Of a stretch of 64,000 nt of DNA, positions 49,686-56,624 are shown in pieces. The translations under genes were made by a program, and so were the position numbers. The notes under the pieces were generated by a model. The model saw only the letters and a list, made by a program, of their open reading frames with translations. It did not search any database and was not told where the DNA came from. Each line of letters starts with the position of its first letter. Positions within the stretch are counted from its first letter, which is position 1. This DNA comes from Candidatus Latescibacterota bacterium (GTDB taxonomy: Bacteria; Krumholzibacteriota; Krumholzibacteriia; WVZY01; JAKEHA01). The stretch covers positions 2,944,001-3,008,000 of the forward strand of contig OY970173.1 of assembly GCA_963707635.1 (NCBI GenBank), read 5' to 3'.

Positions 49686-50672
49686 CTACGGCGTCTCGCG
49701 CAGCACGGTCTCTCCCAACCCCAGCTCGAGCACCAGGAGCCCGAGCGCGGGGATGAGGAACCATGTAAACCGATCCGTGTACTCGACGAACGTTTCCGAT
49801 TCGACTTTCGACTTTTCCATTTTATCGATGGTGTCGTAGATCGCCGACAGCTCTTCCCGGTCGGTGGCGCGAAAGTACTCACCGCCGGTCAGCTTCGCGA
49901 TCTTCATTAGAGAGTCTTCGTCGATGTCGACCTCGACCGACACCAAACGACGGCCAAACACCGGGTCGTCGATCGGCATGGGCGCGCGCCCGCGCGTGCC
50001 GACCCCGATCGTGTACACCTTGATCCCAAGCGACGCGGCCACGCGCGCGGCGGTGATGGGGTCGACCATGCCCGCGTTGTTCTGCCCGTCGGTCAAGAGG
50101 ATCGCGATGCGGCTCTTGGCGTCGCTGGTTCGCAGGCGGTTGCACGCGGTGGCCAGCGCCACCCCGATGGCCGTGCCGTCTTCGAGCATGCCGAAATCGA
50201 CCGCGTCGACGAGCTTGGTGAGCAGCGCGTAGTCCAGGGTCAACGGGCACTGCGTGATGGCGTCGGCCGCAAACGCGACCAGGCCGATGCGGTCCTGGCT
50301 TCGCTTGGCGATGAACTCCTTGACCACTTCCTTCGCTACGTGGAGGCGGTTCTTCGGCTCGAAGTCCTGCGCCTGCATGCTGCCGCTGGTGTCGAGCACC
50401 AGCATGATGTCGATTCCTTCCGCGTAGGTGGTGTGCTTCGACCGTCCGGTTTGCGGCCGCGCGAGCCCGACGATCACCAGCGAGAGCACGGCGAGGCGCA
50501 GCGCGAGCACCGCGTGTCGTTTCCACACCGGCGCCCCGAGCCCGGCGGCGAGCATGAGGTCGAGCGACGAGTACGCGACGCTGCGCCGCCGGCCGTGGCG
50601 CAGCGCGTACCACGCGACCAGCGGCACCAGCGCGAGCAGCGAAAGCAGGTACGGGTGCGCGAAGCGGAACAT
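49686..50672 (-). CDS. batA: BatA-like VWA domain protein
   Basis: LARPQ, LDTSGSM MIDAS, PLTLD, GTAIG, LLTDGQNN, YTIGVG, TGGEYFRA. Confidence 0.9.
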   Translation of the reverse strand: MFRFAHPYLLSLLALVPLVAWYALRHGRRRSVAYSSLDLMLAAGLGAPVWKRHAVLALRLAVLSLVIVGLARPQTGRSKHTTYAEGIDIMLVLDTSGSMQAQDFEPKNRLHVAKEVVKEFIAKRSQDRIGLVAFAADAITQCPLTLDYALLTKLVDAVDFGMLEDGTAIGVALATACNRLRTSDAKSRIAILLTDGQNNAGMVDPITAARVAASLGIKVYTIGVGTRGRAPMPIDDPVFGRRLVSVEVDIDEDSLMKIAKLTGGEYFRATDREELSAIYDTIDKMEKSKVESETFVEYTDRFTWFLIPALGLLVLELGLGETVLRETP

Positions 50673-51683
50673 TTACGCGTCTCCCCCCGCGGCGGCCGCG
50701 GCAGTCTCCACCCGCGGCGTGGTGTCGACCACGACCGCGCGGGCGCGCTCGATGGCGGCGGTCGCCGCCGGCCGGTCCGGCACCAGTTTGGCGAACTTGA
50801 CCAGATCCGCCTCTTCCAGCAGCGCGGCGAGGTCGCCCACCGGCGCGTCGCGGCGGTGGATTTCCCGTATCAGCTCCGGCGAGGTTCGATCCATCGCTTC
50901 GACCCCGAAGCGCGCCTCGAGGTAGCGCCGCACCACGTCGACCACGAGTGTGTAGTAGAGCTTGAATTCTCCCCGGTCGAGGTACCCCATCCCCGCGATC
51001 CGTTCCAGCTCGGTGAGCGCCACCAGGTCGGGCGGAAGGCGGACTTCCGCCGCGGCGGTCACCGGCCGGCGCGCGCGACGCCGGCGAATCCACCACACGA
51101 TCCCCGCCGCGAGTGCCAGCACGCCGAGGCCCACCAGCGCCCACAGCAGGTAGTTGGGCGGGAGCGTCCATTGCTCCTTCAGCGGCCGCGTGTCCTTTGC
51201 GTCGAGCGCGATGCGGCGGATCGGCACCTCGATGGCGTCGCTCACCGCATACACGGTGTCCCCCGCGGGAGCGAGGAACGCGAACCGGTTGGCGGGAACC
51301 ACCGACGAGTCGAGGTCGACGGGAATGAAGGTGACTTCGGCGGTCCGTTCGACCCGGCCGCCGGCGGGCTTCTCGCTCCACGCGATCGACACCACCCGGC
51401 AGGTGCCCGCTTCGAGCCGGTCGGGAATCAGCTGGGTGAGCGAGTCAGGAAAGGAAAAACGGTACGCGACGTGGAATCGCTGCCCCACCGTTACCGAGTC
51501 GAAACGCGCGTCGGTGGTGAGCTCGACGGTGTCGAAAGTGGCGGCGCCGGCCGACGACGCGAACATGCACGCTGCCCAAATGAGGCACAAGCGGGTGGCG
51601 CCGATCCGGGGCCCCCGCGGGCAAAGCCCCGTGGGGTGGATCGGCGACAGGACCCGCGCGGTTGCCTCGTGGAGCCGATTCAT
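50673..51683 (-). CDS. Bat operon membrane-anchored protein (conserved position between DUF58 and BatA); start uncertain
   Basis: Beta-rich N-domain, a transmembrane helix, then VRRYLEARFG, MDRTS, ADLVKFAK. Confidence 0.75.
   Translation of the reverse strand: MNRLHEATARVLSPIHPTGLCPRGPRIGATRLCLIWAACMFASSAGAATFDTVELTTDARFDSVTVGQRFHVAYRFSFPDSLTQLIPDRLEAGTCRVVSIAWSEKPAGGRVERTAEVTFIPVDLDSSVVPANRFAFLAPAGDTVYAVSDAIEVPIRRIALDAKDTRPLKEQWTLPPNYLLWALVGLGVLALAAGIVWWIRRRRARRPVTAAAEVRLPPDLVALTELERIAGMGYLDRGEFKLYYTLVVDVVRRYLEARFGVEAMDRTSPELIREIHRRDAPVGDLAALLEEADLVKFAKLVPDRPAATAAIERARAVVVDTTPRVETAAAAAGGDA
51591..51657 (+). repeat. 67-bp palindromic element, copy B
   Basis: GCGGGTGGCGCCGATCCGGGGCCCCCGCGGGCAAAGCCCCGTGGGGTGGATCGGCGACAGGACCCGC; 61/67 identical to the reverse complement of 53634-53700. 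Confidence 0.9.
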
Positions 51684-51698
51684 GTGGAAGGCGCTCGC

Positions 51699-52622
51699 CT
51701 AACGCCGGCGGGCCCGCGACTTGAAGAACACGGACAGCGGCACGATGTAGTCCTGCCCCGCCTCGATGCGCACGCAGTCCACTCCGTGGCGACGGAACAG
51801 ACCCGCCAGCTCCTCGTCGCGACGGCGCGCGTGGGCCGCGAAGCGTTCGCGCGCCGCGCTTGAGCTCAAGTCGACCACGCGCTCGATCTGTGCCTCCTGG
51901 TCCCACACCCGGAGCATTCCCGCCCCTTCGAGCCGGTCCTCGCGCGGGTCGGCGAGGCGGATCGCAACCAGGTCGTGACGGCGCGCCGCCATCGCCAGCG
52001 GGCGCGAGAAATCGGGCGAGAGAAAATCGCTCACCACGAACACGATGGCGCGGCGCTTCTGCACCTTGAGCAGAAACTCGAGCGCCTGCGCCACGCGCGT
52101 GCGGTGGCCGCGCGGCTCGTAGAAGAGGATTTCGCGCACCAGGTGGAGCACGTGGCGCCGGCCCTTGTCGGGTGGAATGTACTCCTCGACGTCGTCGGTG
52201 AAGGCGATGGCGCCGACTTTGTCGTGGTTCTGGATCGCGCTGAAGGCGAGCACCGCGCAGATCTCGGCGGCGGTGTCGAGCTTGGTCTTGTCGGCGGAGC
52301 CGAACCTGCCCGACGCGCTCACGTCGAGCAGGAACATCACCACCAGCTCGCGCTCCTCCATGAAGCGCTTCAGGTAGGGCGTGCCCATGCGCGCGGTCAC
52401 GTTCCAGTCGATGGCGCGAATATCGTCGCCGGGCTGGTACTCGCGCACCTCGTCGAACTCCATGCCCTGGCCCTTGAACACGCTGTGGTATTCGCCCGAG
52501 AAGACGTCGTTCACCAGCCGGCGGGTCGTGATCTCGACGCGGCGGACCTTCTTCAAGATCTCCGCGATGCGTCTCTCTCCCGCCGGCGACGGCGGGTTCG
52601 CGCTACGGGTCGGGGGCGCCAT
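51699..52622 (-). CDS. DUF58 domain protein
   Basis: SVFKGQGMEFDEVREYQPGDDIRAIDWNVTAR, EERE, DVSAS, VSDF. Confidence 0.93.
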   Translation of the reverse strand: MAPPTRSANPPSPAGERRIAEILKKVRRVEITTRRLVNDVFSGEYHSVFKGQGMEFDEVREYQPGDDIRAIDWNVTARMGTPYLKRFMEERELVVMFLLDVSASGRFGSADKTKLDTAAEICAVLAFSAIQNHDKVGAIAFTDDVEEYIPPDKGRRHVLHLVREILFYEPRGHRTRVAQALEFLLKVQKRRAIVFVVSDFLSPDFSRPLAMAARRHDLVAIRLADPREDRLEGAGMLRVWDQEAQIERVVDLSSSAARERFAAHARRRDEELAGLFRRHGVDCVRIEAGQDYIVPLSVFFKSRARRR

Positions 52623-52626
52623 CGGC

Positions 52627-53613
52627 TCAAGGCACCTCGATGTGGTCGAAGATGCGCTGGAGAACGGCCTCGGAGTCCAGGCCCTCCGCCTCGGCTTCGT
52701 AGGTCACGATTACCCGGTGGCGGAGCACGTCGAATCCGACCGCCTTGACGTCCTCGGGCGTGGCGTAGCCGCGCCCGCGCAGGAACGCGTGCGCCCTGGC
52801 CGCTTCGGCGAGGAAGATGGTGGCGCGCGGCGAGCCGCCGTAGGCGATGAGGTGCTTGATGGGAAGCTTGAATGATTCGGGATCCCGCGTGGCAAAAACG
52901 ATGTCGAGGATGTAATTCTTCACCTTCTCGTCCATGTAGATTTCGCGCACCGTCTGCTGCGCCTGCTTGAGGACCTGCGGGTTGATCACCGGGTCGATGA
53001 CCGGCACGTTCCCCGCGGTGACCATCTCCATGATTGCCTTCTCTTCCTCGCGCGACGGGTAGGTGACCTTGAGCTTGAGCATGAAGCGGTCGACCTGCGC
53101 CTCCGGGAGCGGGTAGGTCCCCTCCTGCTCGATCGGATTCTGGGTGGCAAGCACCAGGAAGGGAAACGCGAGCGGATAGGTCTTGTCGCCGATCGTCACC
53201 TGGCGTTCCTGCATGCATTCGAGCAACGCACTCTGCACTTTCGCGGGCGCACGGTTGATTTCGTCCGCCAGAATGAAGTTCGCGAAGATGGGTCCCTTCT
53301 TGGCCGTGAAGGAATGGTCGCGCGGGTTGTAGACCTCCGTGCCGATGAGATCAGCGGGCAGCAGGTCCGGGGTGAATTGGATGCGGCGGAACGTCGTGTC
53401 GATCGACGCCGCCAGCGTCTTGACCGAGAGCGTCTTGGCGAGTCCGGGGACGCCTTCGATGAGCACGTGCCCGTCGCACAGAATGCCGATCAGCAGCCGG
53501 TCCACCAGATAGCGCTGGCCGATGATGGCGCGCTGGATCGACCTCTGCAGGATCGGGATGAAGTGACTCTCGCGCTGGACGCGCTCGTTCAGGGCCTGGA
53601 TTTCGTGCTGCAT
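52627..53613 (-). CDS. moxR: MoxR family AAA+ ATPase
   Basis: EGVPGLAKT, RIQFTPDLLPAD, ADEINRAPAKVQSALLE, ATQNPIEQEGTYPLPEAQVDRF, SPRA; GGAGGTG RBS. Confidence 0.96.
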   Translation of the reverse strand: MQHEIQALNERVQRESHFIPILQRSIQRAIIGQRYLVDRLLIGILCDGHVLIEGVPGLAKTLSVKTLAASIDTTFRRIQFTPDLLPADLIGTEVYNPRDHSFTAKKGPIFANFILADEINRAPAKVQSALLECMQERQVTIGDKTYPLAFPFLVLATQNPIEQEGTYPLPEAQVDRFMLKLKVTYPSREEEKAIMEMVTAGNVPVIDPVINPQVLKQAQQTVREIYMDEKVKNYILDIVFATRDPESFKLPIKHLIAYGGSPRATIFLAEAARAHAFLRGRGYATPEDVKAVGFDVLRHRVIVTYEAEAEGLDSEAVLQRIFDHIEVP

Positions 53614-53633
53614 CGTCACCTCCGTTGAACTAC

Positions 53634-53700
53634 GTGGGTCCTGTCATCGATCCACCCCACGGGGCTTCGCCCGCGGGGGCCCCGGATCGATGCCACCCGC
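53634..53700 (-). repeat. 67-bp palindromic element, copy C (in the moxR 5' leader)
   Basis: Minus strand GCGGGTGGCATCGATCCGGGGCCCCCGCGGGCGAAGCCCCGTGGGGTGGATCGATGACAGGACCCAC. Confidence 0.9.
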
Positions 53701-53819
53701 TCGTGCACGGTATTCAACATCGCTGAGGACCCACGGTTCCCGTGGTTGCCACGCGCCGCCAACTTGCGGTAGTGTGGATGTTTCGTGGCGAGCCGCCAGA
53801 GCGCATGAACGGAAGGCAC

Positions 53820-54704
53820 ATGATACCCCAGGAACTCCCCAAGTCAAGCAACCTGACCGTGGCGGCAGCCCGGCGCATGCCCTGGTACGGGTGGGTGGGA
53901 CTGGCGTCGCTGGTCGTGTTCCAGGTGCTGCTCTTCACCACCGACAGCGCGCTCGTCGGCTGGTTCTTCACCCCCATCCAGTGGACCGGCCTCATTCTCT
54001 TTCTCGACGGCCTGCGCAAGCGGCGCCGCGGCGTCTCGCTGGCGGCCGACCACCCCGGCGAGCTTCTGCTCTTGAGCCTCATCTCCATCGGAAGCTGGCT
54101 GGTGTTCGAGGGGTACAACCTGCTGCTGAACAACTGGGCATACGTCGGCCTGCCCGACGACCCGTGGATCCGCTACCCCGGGTACATCTGGGCGTTCGCC
54201 ACCATTTCCCCGGGGATGTTCCTCATCTACGAAACGCTCTCGGATCTGTTTCCCGGCGACGACGCGACCACCTACCCCCGGCTGCCGAACCGCGTCTTCT
54301 GGCCCTTCGTGGTGTTCGGAGCCGTCTGCCTGGTGGCGCCGTTCATCTGGCCCTCGCCGTACATGACCCCGCTGGTGTGGATGGGATTCGCGTTCTTCCT
54401 CGATCCGATCAACGGGCGCCTCGGCGAGCGGTCGATCCTCTCCGAGTTCTTCACGGGCCGGTTTCGTTCGATGCCGGTGTTCTTTTTGGCCGGCCTGATC
54501 GCGGGGCTGTTGTGGGAGTTCTGGAACTACTGGGCGCTCGCCAAGTGGGAGTACGACGTGCCCTACCTCGGGCATATCAAGGTTTTCGAGATGCCGGTGC
54601 TCGGGTTTCTCGGTTTCATGCCCTTCATCATCGAGAGCCTCGCGATCTACCGTTTCACCCGGCGCTTCGTCCCGATGCGCGACGAGGCGCGCTACCTTGG
54701 CTGA
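53820..54704 (+). CDS. Hypothetical integral membrane protein
   Basis: About eight transmembrane helices; WLVFEGYN...WAY and LWEFWNYW...WEY...FEMPVLGFLGFMPF; start uncertain. Confidence 0.75.
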   Translation: MIPQELPKSSNLTVAAARRMPWYGWVGLASLVVFQVLLFTTDSALVGWFFTPIQWTGLILFLDGLRKRRRGVSLAADHPGELLLLSLISIGSWLVFEGYNLLLNNWAYVGLPDDPWIRYPGYIWAFATISPGMFLIYETLSDLFPGDDATTYPRLPNRVFWPFVVFGAVCLVAPFIWPSPYMTPLVWMGFAFFLDPINGRLGERSILSEFFTGRFRSMPVFFLAGLIAGLLWEFWNYWALAKWEYDVPYLGHIKVFEMPVLGFLGFMPFIIESLAIYRFTRRFVPMRDEARYLG

Positions 54705-55404
54705 TCCCCCGCGCGTCGATCCCATCCGGCTGGACACGTTTCGTGCGCTGCTGCGGGCGCGCGTCATGATCTTCGATTTCGACGGTGTGCTCGTGGACAG
54801 CGAGCGCTTTCACTTCGAGACCTATAACGCCGTGTTCCAGAAATACGGCCATACCCTCGACCCGACCGAGTACTGGAAGTACTGGACCTCGCTCGGGCAC
54901 GGACCGAAGGGGGAGATCGAGCGCCACGGGCTGGACCTTGACCCGCAGCGCATCCGCGACGAGAAGCGGCCCATCTTCTCCGAGTACTGTCGCAACGGCA
55001 CCATCCGATTCTTCCCCGAAGCGCACGAAGTGGTGGAGATTCTCGCGCGGGCGGGCAAGGTGCTCACGATCGCCAGCGGCTCGACACGCGCCGACATCGA
55101 GGCGATCCTGGCCAACGAGGGACTGACGGGCGCGCTCGCGACCATCGTGGGGAGCGATACGGTGACGGCCCTGAAGCCCGCCCCGGATATCTTTCTAGCC
55201 GCGCTGGAAGCGGTGGGGGCGACGCCGTCGGAGGCGCTTGTGTTCGAGGACGCCGAGAAGGGTGTGGGCTCGGCGATCGCGGCGGGGATTCCGGTCGTTG
55301 TGGTCCGGACGAGAGAGACGCACGGGATCGACTTCTCGGCGGCCGACGTTGTGTTCGACTCGCACGCTGAGCTGCTCGAGGCGGTGCGGAGTGCCTGTCC
55401 GTGA
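54697..55404 (+). CDS. HAD-superfamily phosphatase (beta-PGM/CbbY-like)
   Basis: FDFDGVLVDSE, IASGS, KPAPDIF, VFEDAEKG. Confidence 0.9.
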   Translation: MADPPRVDPIRLDTFRALLRARVMIFDFDGVLVDSERFHFETYNAVFQKYGHTLDPTEYWKYWTSLGHGPKGEIERHGLDLDPQRIRDEKRPIFSEYCRNGTIRFFPEAHEVVEILARAGKVLTIASGSTRADIEAILANEGLTGALATIVGSDTVTALKPAPDIFLAALEAVGATPSEALVFEDAEKGVGSAIAAGIPVVVVRTRETHGIDFSAADVVFDSHAELLEAVRSACP

Positions 55405-55418
55405 TACGCGGAATCGTC

Positions 55419-56429
55419 TCACCTCACCACCGTGACCCGCCCCTTCAATACGACGTCATTGCCAGTAGCTGCCAGCGACGCGCGGTAGAAGTAGATGCCC
55501 GCCGGGAGCGCCCGCGATGGCTCGAAGCTACCGGACTGCCCAACCGAGACGATTCGCTGGGAACGCCCCACGCGGCGTCCCGCGACGTCGAACAACTCGA
55601 GCGTCAATGTACCGGCCAGCGACGAAGCAAACCCGATGGATACCGTCGAGGCCGGATTTCCAAAAGGACCCACCCATAGCGGGGAGGGGCGGGCGGGCGT
55701 CGTGACGACCGCGGTGGCAGGCGTCTCGTATCGCACCCAACCCGTGTACGATTCGCTGTTCGCCCAGTAGGTCGGATCACCGAACGTCACTCCCTCGGTG
55801 GTCTCGGCCGCTCCGAGCGCGGGCAGCTCCAGCACCAACACCCCGTCGATGCGAAGGGCGGCACCCACACCGCCGGACGCACGCTCGATGCGGTAGACGT
55901 GGTGTTGATCCGTCGTTACAAATGGAGTGGTCAGCGTATTCGACTGACCGTACTGACCGTAGAAGGTGTTCGACAGAAAAATTTCCGTCGTGCCGAGGCC
56001 GACCCAGAATGCCCTCCCGCTCGACATCCGTCACCGGGACGTGTACCCGGGCCGGGGCCAGCCCGAACTCGTGTTGATGCTGTGATCGGGGGCCGAAACG
56101 ATCTTCACGCTCACTTCTACCGCGAAGTCCTGGGTGAAATCGATCCCGAGACCCGAACGTGACCACCAAACGCCGCCACCGACATCCGGCGGAACGTTGA
56201 CGCCGAACCCCAGCGTGGAGAGATATAGACCGTCGGGGCCAACGCTCACGGGGTATGCCGTGGGCGGCATGATGTCTTCCGCCAGTACCCAACCTTGATC
56301 TTGCGGGAACGTGCCCAATGCCGGGTCGTATATCGTAGTCAAGCCCAGCGCAACGTCCGGCGCCAACATGCCGCCCGTGAGCGCGAGCAACAAGACGAAT
56401 AGAATGGACTTCCGAGGAAATGTCTGCAT
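55419..56429 (-). pseudogene. Secreted beta-rich protein with T9SS-type C-terminal domain, interrupted by an in-frame TGA at 56033-56031
   Basis: AGGAGG RBS and signal peptide MQTFPRKSILFVLLLAL. The same frame continues after the TGA to GNPAS...LFDVAGRRV...LPAGIYFYR...GRVTVVR. Confidence 0.72.
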
Positions 56430-56624
56430 TGAGAGATCCTCCTGGCCACACCGCGTGATCATCACCTTGCGGATTGCCGTCGCCCGGCTCGCGTTCACCT
56501 TGCGCGTTCGCCGGGATCTGCGAGGCACGCCGCTCACATTCACTCTAAACTATACCATACCGACACCGCCGGAAACGGCCTGCGTGGTACGGCTCGGGCC
56601 GGCAGGTCCAGTTCCGACTCCCGG

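Noticed and set aside
51591..51665. Palindromic element as an integron attC site
   Set aside because: It lacks RYYYAAC/GTTRRRY ends, is not arranged with gene cassettes, and no integrase is present.
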